From contig MU053881.1 of the NCBI GenBank assembly GCA_013239625.1, positions 930,001 through 994,000 on the forward strand: a stretch of DNA of 64,000 nucleotides. The letters run 5' to 3'. This document shows positions 10,985 through 24,024 of the stretch, one piece after another (positions within the stretch are counted from its first letter, which is position 1; each line of letters starts with the position of its first letter). Both the position numbers and the translations under genes were made by a program. The notes beneath the pieces are model-generated. The model saw nothing but the letters and a program-made list of their open reading frames with translations, did not search any database and was not told the origin of the DNA. This stretch comes from Lama guanicoe (Eukaryota).

Positions 10985-12400
10985 TTCTAAGGTGGTTTAG
11001 TGTGCAGTGTTATTTTGGCAGTGGGTAACTGCTCTAGAAACTGGCACCTCGAACAGAAACCTGCAATACGTGGCATTGACTTTGGAACCAGAAACTTGTT
11101 ATAGGAGACTGGAAAAGTGATGGCTTGTATTACGGAGTGGTGGAACATTTGCTAAAACTGTCACTTGCAATAACTTGGAAGAAAGAAGTGAACCTAATAC
11201 ACTCATGGCCTTGGGCTGGGAGGATCCAGGTAGAGTGTTGCAGGCATGAGTAGGCTCCTGCTACCTGCATTTAATATGGAACTACAGAGAGACAGCTCAG
11301 GAACAACCTGGCCTGGTCTCAGAAGGAATTAGAGGGAAGGAAGAGAGTCTGGAGAATCTGGGACTTGCTGGGTTGAAAAATAAAACTATTTCTAATCTCC
11401 AGCTTCCCCACCCAGGAAAAGATTCTCAAATTAAACATAGCCTGGGAGAAAAGTCAAATCAAGGGCATGGCTGTTAAGAGAGAGCTTGGGGGCCTAGAGT
11501 GACTCATAGGCATAGCTCTTGCATCCCTGTGAAACCCTCTGGAAGAATTAAATGGTGCCTCGTAGCTACTAGAAAGATCAGCGGTGTGGTCCTGCAGCAG
11601 CCAGAGCTGCCCACAGTATCTGTAATTAAGTGCAGAAAGAGACATGTTTTGAAATCAATTGTGCATATGGCTTTTGGCACACAAAATCATATACATAGGA
11701 AACTCACAATTTTTGAGAGAGCTGTATTGGCAAAAGCCCACCAATTTGGTTGTAAAGAGACAGACTCTTCAAGATGCGGCGGGGGTTGGGGGGATCTCTG
11801 GTCCATTGATTTGTTATGGGCAAAATGCAGCTGAGAAAGTACAGTTTCAACAAAGGGCATATTTTCAAGTGTCCTTCTCAGAATGACCAAGGAGAATGAT
11901 GGGGAAGGAAAGACCTCCCAGAGGGTAGAGCCAAGAACCACTGACAAAGAACTGAGGATCTAGCCCCAGGGAGTGGACATGGAACCTAATCACAGAACAT
12001 TCCCTACTCCAGGGTAGCGGCCCCTGGCAGTGTTCCTCCAGCAGGACTTGAGAATCGCTATGGACCGGTGGCTGCTCAGGGCCTCCTGTCCTCCTCCTCT
12101 TTGAATGGGAGTGTTTATGGGGTGATCCTGCTCTTCCAAGGCATGTCGGGGGTGTGTGTGAAGTGGTGGAGGGGAGGAGGGGTGCAGACAGCTTCTCCTT
12201 GTGTTCCATAGGTCCCGGGAGCAACGGGAGCTGCGTCCGGATCTGCCTTAGAATATGAGACTCTTGACTTCAAGCTAGATGCCATGATTGGGTGTCTTAG
12301 GTAAGAATGAGCGTATTTTGCAAGTGGGAAGGTCTTGAGTAACTGTGTTCAAGAGGGCAGTTTTTGGTCAATTGTATCATTGTTCTCGATTCCTCATCCA
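10985..12400 (+). mobile_element. ERVL-MaLR provirus relic (LTR end, MLT1 internal sequence, start of 3' LTR)
   Basis: LTR-like end GTGGTTTAGTGTGCAG...GGTAACTG, then MaLR-internal-like sequence (GTGGCATTGACTTTGGAAC, GGAGACTGGAAAAGTG, AAAACTGTCACTTGCAATAACTTGGAAG). Confidence 0.6.
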
Positions 12401-12404
12401 TCTT

Positions 12405-13006
12405 GTAGCAGTCTCCTGCTACATCCACAAACTTGGATGGTTTTAGTTTATTTTATTCTTTAACACCTTTTGAGGGGGGAGGTAATTAGGTTTAATTTAT
12501 TTATTTTACTTATAATGGAGGTACTGGGGACTGAACCCAGGGCCTCATGCGTGCTAAGCATGTGCTCTACCACTGAGCTTATACCCTCCCCACCTTGGAG
12601 GGCTTTAAATAGCAGAGACTTACTGTTTTATGATTCTGGAGGCCAGAAATCTGAAGCCAAGGTGTCAGCAAGGTTAGCTCCCTCTCTGAGGGAGAATCTG
12701 TTCCGTGACTCTCTCCCAGCTTCTGGTGGTTGCCAGCAATCCTTGACATTTCTTGATTTGTAGGCACGTGCCTCCCATTTCTGCATCCACTGTCACATGG
12801 CGTTCCCCGGTGTGTCTGTCTCTGTGTCTCCACTTCTCTTCTTATAAGGACACCAGTCACATTGGACTTGAGGTGCAGTCTGATTCAGTATGACTTCGTC
12901 TTAACTAATTACTTCCGCAAAGACCCCATTTCCACATAAGGTTCCTTTCAGAGGTTCTGGGCAGACATGCATTTTGTGGGAGGGGGACACTATTCAATCC
13001 AGTACA
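12405..13006 (-). mobile_element. MLT1C-like LTR (interrupted by Vic-1 SINE)
   Basis: TTCTGGAGGCCAGAAATCTGAAGCCAAGGTGTCAGCAAGG...TCTTCTTATAAGGACACCAGTCA...GGGGGACACTATTCAATCCAGTACA. Confidence 0.8.
12446..12591 (-). mobile_element. Vic-1-type SINE inserted into an MLT1 LTR
   Basis: Reverse-complement tRNA-like head at 12515-12591 and AT-rich tail containing AAACCTAATTACCTCCCC. Degenerate TSD cttggatggtttta (12432-45) / cttggagggcttta (12594-607). Confidence 0.85.
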
Positions 13007-13339
13007 CGTCCCTGCATCCACGCCCTTTGCCCTGTGACTCCGCAGCTCTCTCTCCAGGATGGATTCATGGGGGCTGAGCCAAGGGAACATGGGTGGAAGG
13101 GACAGTGTGCTGCTTTGGAGCCCAGGTCTTAGAGTGCTGTGCATTCAGGCTTACCCTTCTAGAAGCTTCTGATCTCTTCCATGAGACAAGCTTCCCCTCA
13201 GAGACGCTGTGCCTGCACCTTGGGCTCCGATGAGCTGCCCCAGGTGTCCTGGAGACCGGCCCTGTCAGGAGAGGTGCTGCGGCCAGCCGGGCTGCAGGGC
13301 TGTGAGCCGGCGGATAACTCGTGTCGTCTTTCTCCGCTA

Positions 13340-13625
13340 GGTTCTTGGGCACTTCAGGGGGCAGAGCCCTTGGGACAAGAGGTAGCTGGTTCGGGTGGGA
13401 GGGGGCAGCCTCCGCCAAGCCCTGCTGTAGCTGCCACGCAGCAATGTGAGCCCCGCGTTGCCAGGGTTGATTATTTCTTCAAAAGGAGCCAAGAATCTAG
13501 ATTTCAAATCCCAAACCTCCTAATTTTATATGTATGAATCTGATTGAATTAAAAAATACCACTGTGCCATCCCAGCCAAACACGCCAGGGGGGGAGGGTT
13601 CTGTCTGCAGGCTTCCGGCTCGTGG
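13340..13625 (-). mobile_element. hAT-Charlie relic (MER102-like)
   Basis: GTTGCCAG...TTCTTCAAAAGGAGCCAAGAATCTAGATTT...CACTGTG...GCCAAACAC, related to copies near 22580-22810 and 42657-42900. Confidence 0.5.
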
Positions 13626-14099
13626 CCCGGGGTGGGTAGCCGGGCCCCGTGGATCCCTCTGCTCCCGGTGCTTGTCGCCACAGGCGCCATCGTGGGCAGA
13701 TCCTGGTTCCTGGAGGAGAGGGTCCTACTGTGTGTCATAGAACCCAAGCAGGCCCGGCAACAACCCAGGATCTCCACCGGGAGGAAGGGCGGAGCCCATC
13801 CTCGCATTCGGTCGTGCACAGGACCACGAGGCCACGCAGGGGATCTACCATCTTCTTGCCTTTCTGCCCCTTTAAAGGGCATCTCAGGTTATCCTGTTAA
13901 GAAATATTTGGTGAGAAGATGCCCACAGAGTTTCCTTTACAGAAAAAGTGGGGTTTTAGGGATGGGACTTAAAAAACCAAACCAAACGAACTGCTGGAGA
14001 AGAGGCAGGTCAAACCCCACCAAGGTGAAACTGATTTTACTGGACGGACATCTCCCTTTAAATGTAAACTGAGTCCAGGTTTTCTCCCGCAGACTTCTG

Positions 14100-14362
14100 G
14101 AGGGTGGCATTCAAAGTGTTTACACTTGTTTCATCTGCCTTTTTGCTGAGCCCTGGTCCCCCACCTCCCTTCCTTCACTTCACACTTGTCGTCTTATTGC
14201 ACACATATGCTCCACTTTATATTTACATATATCTAATTTTTATATACGGCTTGTGAAATCTGCCAGACGAAGAATGAAATAGTCCTGAAAACAGCTGGAA
14301 AATTATGCAACAGTGAGGAGACTGGGCACATGCACATTCTGTGCTGCAAAGTTGCACAACAG
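14100..14362. promoter_or_regulatory. Candidate distal enhancer (GRE + C/EBP + FOX cluster)
   Basis: Non-repeat, AT-richer island containing TGTTTAC (14117-23), TTGTGAAAT (14251-59), TTATGCAA (14303-10), TGCACAttcTGTGCT (14331-45) and GTTGCACAAC (14351-60). Confidence 0.55.
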
Positions 14363-16829
14363 ACCCAAGTTTGTTACAAGTGAAGCTGGGAGGTTTTTAT
14401 TTTTTCTCTGGGGTGACAGCTTGCTCGGTGGAGTAGGCCTTCTGCAGAGGCATTTCCTCAGGAGCCTCAAACTCCCCGAGATGGGAGACGGCGAGGCTGG
14501 AGCGGCGCAGGGACTGCAGCCCAGAGGAGGCTGCTGAAGGGCTGGAGGCCGTTCCTGGGGTCCGCTGAGGTCAAGGCCAGGGGTCCGGTGAGTCCAAGGT
14601 CCAGCGAGGCCGAGGCCCAGTTTCTAGTGACAGGAGGTCTGGCCGTCTGGAAGCATCCATTTTCCGGATGCCATGTGTCAGGGAAACCTGCGGGACAGAG
14701 CGTCTCCAGGACCTGGAGCCAAATGGCCCCTTACTGCCGGCTGCTCCCAGAGCTTCGGGTCTTCATCTGTCCAGCACCACCTTGGCTCTGCAATTCTCAG
14801 ATCTCTCTTATGCCCCAGGAGGTTTCAGGAGAGTAAGGCCTTGGTCCCTCAGAGCAGGGCTGGGTCATCCCTGGTGCCACTGGGCCCTGCAACCCTGCTC
14901 AGCTGTGCACCTCAGCCAGTGAAAGGAAACCAGTAAAACCAGCCACTAGGTCCAAAATCTCCACTGCCAACATCCAGTGGTGGGGGGAAGGCTTTATTAT
15001 GTATCTGTGAAAGAGAGCTGAGGGTCTCAGTTGACCTCAGGTATAACAAGGTGGCTGATAATGTGGTTTGCCTGCTCAAAAACTGAAGACAGCATTATGG
15101 CCAGCAGTGACCTTCTGTCTGGGCTCAGTCGGAGATGCGTGTGGAATAAGTAGTCTGGCCCATGAGGGTGTCCCCATCAGAGGGTCTGCAGAGCAGGTCA
15201 GGAGGAGGATGGACACCACAATACAGCCCCGTGGGGAAGGGGAGCCCCTCTGCGAAGCTGTGACCCCCATCCCTTGGCATAGGGTTCAGATATGCCCTGA
15301 GACATGGGGCAGGGCCTTTGGGCTCAGTAATGATGGGGAGAATTTGGGGTCCTGTGCTCCGGGTGAAGCCAGATGGGGGCTTTGGCTGCCCCGGCAAGCA
15401 GGCCAGTGACTCCCACCATCACCACAACCCCTGGGTGAGCTGGCAGCTCCCGTCCACGGCCGTCACAGCCAGGATGCGGCTGAGCCCATAGGCTGCTCAA
15501 GGCTGGAGACGGCCTGCGGGGCAGACCCCGAGGAGGGTGCCAAGGAGGTCAGGGCTCCGCTGAGAACTCGGGCTGCCCGGCTGCTGCGGGCGCTTAGGTG
15601 GGAGGTGGGAGGTTGGAGTCGCCCTGGGGGAACAGCGCTGCCCGGCTCATCTGATTTACTCTTTCTCATTTTGAGAAATGCAATTAGAGAGGCCGAGGTG
15701 CTGCGTGGCTCTGGAGCTCTGTCTGCGTGTCTGGGGCAGTGTGCATCTGTGTGCTTGTTTGAGAGTCACCGCACGCATGCGGCATGGTGTGGGTATGTGT
15801 GGGTGGGTGTGGGTGTGGGCGTGTGTGTGTGTGTGGGGTGTGTGTGTGGGGGTGTGGGTGTGTGTGTGTGAGGGAGGTGTGTGCGTGCACGTGCAGGTGA
15901 ACCCCTGCCTCCCGGAACAGTTGTCTGACGGGTGCCCTGCATGGGCTTCCTGCTTTGCATTCATATGAACTTGCTGACAAGTGCCCAGACCTGGACGTGG
16001 CGGTTCTCCTGTGGCTCTCCCCTATCCCGCACCCCCATGTCCCCTCCACCCCTGCTTCTGGTAGCAGCCTGCTCTTTCGGATTCACCTTTGGAGGGCGCT
16101 GAGTTCTCAGCTAGGGAACATGATCGCTTGGTGGGCAGTAGGGGCCCGCTGGTGCCATGTGGGGGCCATGAAAAGGAGCATCTTGGAAAGTTCCAGTAAC
16201 CTGAGGCCCTTGAGGAGGTCCTGAGTGAGAGAGCAGGGAAGCCTGGGGTTGGGCTGGGGCCTGCAAAGGCACAAGAGCTGCCGCTCCCAGGCTGCCAGCG
16301 CCTCACAGGTCATGCAGAGGCCACCTGAGGGCAGAGGCCCTTGTTCGAGCCTTCCCATCTGAAGAAGCCAGACGCGGGCCCTGCAGTGCTGGGGGGAGGC
16401 CGTGATGGCCTCTGGGCGGAGCCAGCCGGGCGGGGACCACGAGGGTCAGGGCAGCATCTAAAGGCCGAGCCGTCCTTCAGATCCCATTCACCGCTGCCTG
16501 TGGTCCAGGAGGCCCAGCGTGGCCAGATGTGCTTGCTTTTTTTTTTTTTTCCCCAAGAGAAGGTGGAGATGCATTATTTTCATGGAAAATCTTTTGATTT
16601 TTGAAAAATCTTAGCAAATAATTTGAGCTGACAAAACCCCTTCGGCGGCCCGTTGGCAGCCCTTGATGCATCGGTCAGTGCTTGACCTCATGACTCCACT
16701 GCTTTAGGAAAAGGAAGGATGCCTGGGTCCACACCCCAAAGTCCTCAGAGAAGCGCCCAGAGAAGCTCACCGTGGGTGTGCGTGCTCTCGTTCCAGGGTG
16801 CGCTCTGGCCGGCTCCGTCCCTGCTGGGG

Positions 16830-17015
16830 AGCCATCTCTGAGCCTCAGTTTCTTCATCTGAAGGAGAGAAAGTTGCATTTCCGCCTGGTGGGATGTTGTG
16901 TGCATCAAGGGACACAGTTCAGCTAAGAGCTTTGCCGAATCACCAATTGAGCTGCAGGCTTGCAGGAAATGCTGTGATTTAACAAAACACAGGCTGGCAC
17001 GTAGTAGGTGCTTCC
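16830..17015 (+). mobile_element. MIR SINE
   Basis: CTCTGAGCCTCAGTTTCTTCATCTG core and CTGGCACGTAGTAGGTGCT tail. Confidence 0.6.
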
Positions 17016-17239
17016 CAAGGGCACATGACCCCAGTGTCTTCACTGGAAAGAGGAAGCCATGGGGCCCAGCTTGGCCAGTCATCTTTGACCAGGGCATATG
17101 GGGGATGGTGGTGGGACACCGATATGTGTGATCCTTCTGAGAAGGGATCCAGGAAGCCCCCGACCAGTGTCCTGCTGAGGGCCCCCAGTTCCCAGCATTT
17201 TGAGGTGACCATGCTCTTGCGTCATTCTCCTGAATAAAT

Positions 17240-17640
17240 CCTCTACTTAGAACAAAGTGCAACTTTGGGGCCTGCAAGACCCTGCCTCATCTGTGATACC
17301 CTGGTTACCTCCCTCACTTCCCTCTTCCACCACCCATTGGCTTCACTGCTCTTCGTTTCCCTGAAGCAGTAAAAGCTCTTTCCTGCCTCAGGGCCTTTGC
17401 ATGTACTGGTCTTTCTACTTGAGATGCTTATCGCATAGACTACCCATTCCCCGGTAGCTTCTCTCTGATCAGCTTTTAGCCTAAATCTTCCCCCACCTTC
17501 CTATCCTTTGTCCCATGCATTCTCTATCATGAGCCTCTTTATTTTCTTCAGGGCATCTGTCTTTGATATTTATCTTATTTTTTTAAATCGCTCTGCAAAT
17601 ATTTACTGAGCACCTACTACTGTGGCAGGTTGTGTTTTGT
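17240..17640 (+). mobile_element. L2 LINE 3' fragment
   Basis: CCTGCCTCAGGGCCTTTGCA...GATGCTT motif typical of the L2 3' end. Confidence 0.6.
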
Positions 17641-20600
17641 CACACTCAGTATTTCCTGCAAGCCCTCAGCCACATTCAACCCTGGCATCCCAGCCACCCA
17701 TGTCCCGCAGTCCAGCCAGAGTTTAGTTCTAAAATCAATGATGATATGGAAAAAGCACATGGTCAAGATCCTTTGAAAATTTCCAATGAATACAGCTTTG
17801 CATCTATAGAGCAACACTGACCTATGTACCGCTGGGCCCAGGGGTAACGGAGCACAAAATTAGCTGTACCTGGAGGGCTTCATAGGTGTTCAATCATTTG
17901 ATTCTCCAAGTCACCCTGTGAAGTAGGTGATATTACTCTGCCCGTTATTCAGTTTGAGAAACCGGGGCACGAGGAGGTTAAATAAGTTTCTCAAGGCCAC
18001 GTGACTGGACAGTGGCTGACGGAGCCCAAGCAGCCTGTCTCAGGGCCGCCATGAGGAGTTGAAATCATCTATGCTGGGTCGCTGTCGTGTAATTCCCCTC
18101 CCAGCCACCCCCGCGGAGCAAGGCCCCCTGCCCAGGACGGCGGCACTGACAGGGCTGGGGAGGCAATGCTCTCATTAGGAGATCTGCCTAGTTATTCCAA
18201 AGCAGCACTCGTGCTTTCGGCTTCCAGCAGGTGTTCGGGCTGCGCACGCCCGCCCTGCATTGACAAGTGCGTGATTGTGATCAGTGTGTGCGGGCTGCCG
18301 GAGACGCCCTGCCTGACCATCCAGAGAGAATGTCACTAGTGTCATCGGCTCAGTTTCAGGCTGGGCTGATCACGTGGGTGCTGCCGCTGTGCCTGGGGGA
18401 GGTGACCGGGCGGTACTAGTGGGAGTGGCAGGGAAGAGGGGCAGGTCCCTCTTCATAATGAGAGGGTAGATGGAGCCAGTGACCACTTTGTTGTGGGGGG
18501 AACGGAGGGGCCTCCGATGATCCCGGGGCCCAGGCAAGAGATGCCAGATGTGAGCCCAGGAGGACTAGAGCAAGGGTGGGGGTGGAGTGGAGGTGGGGCC
18601 CGTGAGGAGCTGGGGCTCTGAGCCTCCCTGATGGAGGTGCCTGGAGGTTACCGCACGTAGAGGGTAGAATGGACATGGCCGGTGGGGGGGGTCTCCTGGC
18701 TGGGAATGGTCTTGGCTGCGTACACTCCTGAACACATGGGGATGACTGGGACTGCCCAGGATGAGTGGGACCAGGGACATAGCTGAAGAGGAGTCATGTC
18801 TGTGGAGACAGAGTGGCATCCATCGAGACTGACTTTGAGGAGTGGCCAGAGACCTTGAGGACAGTAGGACAGTGTGAAGGGCAAAGCCTTCTCCTCCACG
18901 GGGCTGCCTAGAGCCGGATCAGCAGAGAGCCCTGCATGGGAAAATTTATTCCCACCCCCCTCAGAAAAACTTTAAAACATTGCACAAAAGATATAGGTAT
19001 ATTTTTAATTTTTTTTGGAATGATCAGAAGATGGGACACTATTCTGCAGGGAGCAGAGGTGACCCACTCCTCCATGAGCTCCCCTTTAAATATTCTGGGG
19101 ACTTTGTGTCGGGTCTCAGCATTTCTGCAGAGGCGGGACCACCTGGATCTGCTGGGAGGGAGACAGCCAAGCAGGACCCTCCTACTATCGAAGGGACTTG
19201 GGTGGCACCCGCTGGAGGAGCAGAGGACCCCCATGGAGCCCCCAGGGGCTGCACTGAAGGCCAAAAGGCCCTCAGCTCTGCATCCAGTTTCTTCCCACTG
19301 CATCTGGGCCTTTGGATTCCACGGTTAGTTCTCCTGCCAGCTCCAGCCAGAAGCTTTGGCCTCTTTAAGGTCCACACCCTAGATGCCGTGAACCCTGCAG
19401 GACTGGGCAGGACTGCAGTGGAAGGAATTTGGCACAAAGGGACAGCGATCTAGAGAGAATAAAGGCCTGGAGGCCGGGGACCCAGGGGTCTAGCAAGGCA
19501 CTGGCCAGGGCCACCTGCGGCGCTCTGCAGACGCTGTGGTCTGGGAGGGGGACGTACCATGAAGTCCAGTGAGGAGCACCTTTCACCGGGCAGGGGCAAG
19601 CCTGGGGCTGTGCTGTGCTCTCATTTGGACATAAAGGCAAGCAAAGTGCTGGGGGGCCTTGGGGCTGACCTCTAACATGCATTCTGCCCCAGAGGGCTAA
19701 GCCAGGCTTGTCCCAGAAACACGCCCACTCCCCACCCTCCAGCTGGCAGCTGGTTCAGTGCCTGGCAGGTGACCCAGCCTTGGCCCCCAGACCAGAGGGG
19801 GAGTCAGCCAGCACATCTGGGAGAGAGGAGGACACCTGCATGTGGTTTGACCGTCCTGCTGCCTGGCCAGGGGCAAAGACGACAGCCCAGGTGGAGGGCT
19901 GAGCTCCGGAGCCGCCGCACCTGCGGACTTCCTGGTGCACGGATTGTGCGTTTCCTTATGGTTTAGGTGGACTGTGTTAGCAGCCAGGGACATCTTAAGA
20001 GACCCAGAGGTCTTTCTCAGATGGAGGGGCTGGACCAAATGGCCCTCTGACCTCTGTGACCTAGGCCTGAGCTAAACCCTGATCCAAGTGGGCCCAGGAC
20101 ATTACTACCTGCCACACCCAGACCTTCCCTTGAAAAGTCTTGGGCCTTGGTGCCTCTCTGCTCGGTGGAGCACACGAGGAAATCACAGGTGGGCACTGAG
20201 CTCTCATCCTTCACTGAATCGTTGCTGCTTAGACGGAGTCTGAGCCTTCAGCTGGTGCCTCTATGGAGAAGTGTTGACTGAGCCTGGATCCCCACGCCTC
20301 CAAACTTCAAGCACCTTGCTTTTCACTTCCAGGCAGAACTGATGGCACTGGAGGTGGGACACCTCGGTGTGGAACATGGCAATGAAAAAAGTTGCTGCCT
20401 GGACACCACCTACATTTCCTCCTTTGCCTGACACAGCTCCCTGACAGGGTGTGTGAGTGTGCGTGGGGTGGGGGCGTGGGGAAGCTCAAGAAACTGCCAG
20501 AACCACGCCCCCAAAGGCCACCTGGCCGCCATGTTCTGTTTAATTAGCATTCCCCTGACATACTGCTTACCAAGGCCGCTCCCGGCCAGAATGCTGCCTG

Positions 20601-22579
20601 AGCATCTGACGGGGCCACTGCCAGCAGCAGAGGGGGACAGAACTGCTGTCTTCAGAGGCCCTCTGACAAGGTCACCAAGTCCTCACGGCTTGTTATACCC
20701 TGCCTACGGGTCCCCAGAGGACTGGGCAATCTAGATCCCTCCCACAGCCCCCGGGAGCTTGCTTGTCGGGAGGGAGGACGGCAGAACCTCACTGCCTCCA
20801 TCTGCTTGGAGCCTGCAGTGCGGGCAGGGCCTGCCAAGGATGGTGACCTCGTCAAAGGGCAGAAGCACTCCTGGTTTCTGCGTGGCCACCAGGGGACAGG
20901 AATGGCTCTGATGAAGTCTGTGCTGGCACATGTGGCCTGGAAGTCAGAGGTGGAGCTGAGAGCCCCTCCCCTCCTCTTCAGAATAAGGCAGAGTATTGCT
21001 CCCACCCCAGAGCTGGGTGGGTACAGAGCAAGACCCTCTCCTTTCTTAATGCCCCTGCTCTGAGGCATGTGCAGTGATTTGGGACACTCAAGATGACCAG
21101 CAAAGGTCCCCCATCCCCTTCTGCATCTCACACTGTTGGGAAGATTTTAAACAGATTGAAGTTGTTCTCATCCCTTCCCCAACAGTATGGGGCTGTTCTA
21201 GATCAAGGTTGCAACGCTGCCCAGGCCAGTAACAATTGTGAGCAGGTGTAGGACAATAGGGAGTGGTGGGGACTGTGTCAAGCAGGAGAGTGTGAGTCAG
21301 ACCTAAAGACATTCAAGTTCAACTAAAAATAAACATACATGACACGTACTAAACAGGTGATCCAGCTGAGTTGACCCTGTGGTCCTTGGTTTGTCTTCGG
21401 GATCTAGACTGAAAAAGTAGACTTGAATGAAGAAACACTGGGGATTTCTGGAATAGAAGGTGGAGGGACTAGAGGGAGAGGCAAGTACCAGTGGGTGGGG
21501 CAGCATTTTCCAGAAGAGGAAGGAAGAGGAGAGATCTGAACCATGGAGGTCTGAAGAAAGTAGGAGGTGCCTTTTTTTTTTTTTTTTTTTAGCTGGGGAC
21601 AAGTGACCAGGAAACTGGGATGGGTTCACAAGGACCCCCCACATGGAGGCTTCAACTGTAAGTTTCAATGCATGTGTGACTGATTCATCCACTCAGCCTA
21701 GGGGGTGTCACTGTGGGGACTAAAGGATGGGCTGGTCAAGGGCAGCGGTCTGCCTCCCACTCACGAGAGGTCTGTGTCTGGGTGGAGCCCCAAGAAGCTG
21801 GGGGCAATGTGGGAAGAAATAACTGCCAGGAGTGTCAGAGAGACAAAGCCTCTTTCCAAAAAAATATCCTAGAGTTGGTTTTCTAAAGTGTGCCAGATAA
21901 TTTAGTTACGGGGACCCGTCAGAAAATATCTTTGATTCACAAAGTGAGAGAGTCGTTCCTTCTCAATTCTCCTTAAACTTATGATAGCATCAAAGGACAG
22001 GGCTCTGTGTCTGCTTGTCCGTCTTACCACTTTCCCCATACTGGTGAATCAGCGTCAGCCTCAGTGCCTTTTGCAGGCAGCAGTATTTAGAATTTGGTAA
22101 CAGTTTTTTTTTGTTTGTTTCGTGTATGTGTTTTTAGCAGCTATCTTTGATTTGTGGCGAGATGTTGGCTTCTCCATTTATGCGGGTGATTTAAAGTCTC
22201 TTTTGAAAACTTAAGTACATGATCAAGTACTGTATAAAGAAATAATGGCGGTGGGAGGAGGATTATGGTAATGACCATAAACCTGGCAGGGAAGTGAGGG
22301 AGGTCGTAGAACTTCACCCTTGATGTAGGTTCGTTGGGTCTCATGCATCTTTTGAGGAGGATGAAAACAGGACAAACACAGGGCGAAGGAAGAGTGGAAG
22401 AGTGTCATGGGTTCCAAGACAGCACCTAGCTGGACCCAACTCTGGGCTGCCTGGCTCCCTTAGCCTTTAGGATTCAACCCATACCACTTTTTATGGGAAG
22501 CCTTCCAGGATCCCTGGCTTGGGAGTCATCTCTTCCCATACAGTGACCAACCACTTTCTCAAGAACTAGCTGTGTCATC

Positions 22580-22810
22580 AGAGGTCACAAAAGTGGATGC
22601 CTGCTGGGGGTAGGGAAAGGGGACCTGTGGCAAACTGCAGGGCATGTGCCCCCATTTAATGGCTGATAAGCAGAAATGTGCAGGCCTGGGGTGGCCACAC
22701 CTTCTAATTCCTCAAGAGAATTCAGCAGTCTAAATTCTCATGTGAAATTTCACCATTTTTAACGTTGACCACAAATGCCTGGGGGCTGGATCTTGTCTTG
22801 GGCACCCTCA
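22580..22810 (-). mobile_element. hAT-Charlie relic (MER102-like)
   Basis: GGGGACCTGTGGCAAACTG...TCAAGAGAATTCAGCAGTCTAAATT. Confidence 0.45.
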
Positions 22811-23991
22811 GGTGACACAGAGGGAAGCTTCCAGGTGAAAGCCATCATGGTCTTGAAAATGATGGCACTGAGAATATGAAATCACAGCTAGAGCAAGTTG
22901 TACAAGTCAAGTGTTTTCCCCATAAGACGGGGCCGTCCTGGCGGGCAGGGAGGAACCTGGGTCATCAGGCCCTGCCTGACCAAGGCCAACCCGAAAGTCC
23001 TGGTCACAGAGGCCTGGGGCAGCGTGAATGATATCCAGAGGGACAGGTGTCCATCCTCTAGGGAAGTGAGGTTGAAGTCTGGGGTCATGTAGCAGAGGTG
23101 TTCTACAGACACATGCTTGGGAGTGGGTTCCCGGGGGGACCTGGTGAGGGAAGGTCACTGTGCTAGGGGACAGCATGCCTGGTAGGGCAGTGACTCCAGG
23201 CGGTGGGAGGATGAGGACTGTGCTGGGGAGGAGGGATTCTGGCTGGGAATGGACTTTGACAGCAACCTGGCTCCAGAATGGAGAGGGATGCCTTGGATGC
23301 AGGGTTGGAAAAGGTGGACAGAGCCTATAGACACTGTTTCAGGCAGAGCCTGGGGGGGTGCAAAGGCCAGGAGTCTAGAATGCCCATGTAGGATCCGGGA
23401 CAGGTGAGGGAGGCAATCTGACCGAGCTCCAGCAGGCAGGGCCCAGGTCTACGTGGATGAGACTGTGCTCAGGGGCAGCAATGGAGGGGTGGGGAGGCAG
23501 ATGGAGAGGGACAGGGACTTCAGGCAAGGAGGAGCTGGGACTGAGGAAACTTGCCTCACTCTGTAAGGGTAAAAGTTGATCTTTGGGGTGGCTCCTGCGG
23601 TGCACGCCCGCTCCTATAAAACTATCTTCCCGTCTCGGGGGCCTCCACCTGGTCAAAGGCCCAGCTCAGCCCCGTGGCCCGGTAATCGGCCTCCCCACCC
23701 CTTCCCAGCCTGTGCCCCGACTTGCCCCAGGGCGCACAGAGAGGGCGAGGCGGCCTCCCGCACCCCAGGGCTGACGGCTGGGTCCTGGGTGTCCCGAGGA
23801 CTCTTTGGGTGGGGATGGGCGGGCGCCGCACCTCCGAGGTTGCGCGCCACGAGGGCGAGGGGCGCACCGAGGGTGGCCGGCGGCAGGGCTCCCCCGGCCC
23901 GGCCCGCGGCGCTTCTCTGCCGCCGCCTCGGGGTGTCTCTGCTTCGCTACGAGCCGGGAACCGCGGCGGCGACGGCGCGAGGAGGGGAGCG

Positions 23992-24024
23992 GGCGGTGGC
24001 GGCAGCGGCGGCGGCGGCGGCGGC
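23992..24024 (+). repeat. Interrupted (GGC)11 trinucleotide repeat, pure (GGC)6 at 24007-24024
   Basis: GGC GGT GGC GGC AGC (GGC)6 read directly. Confidence 0.95.
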
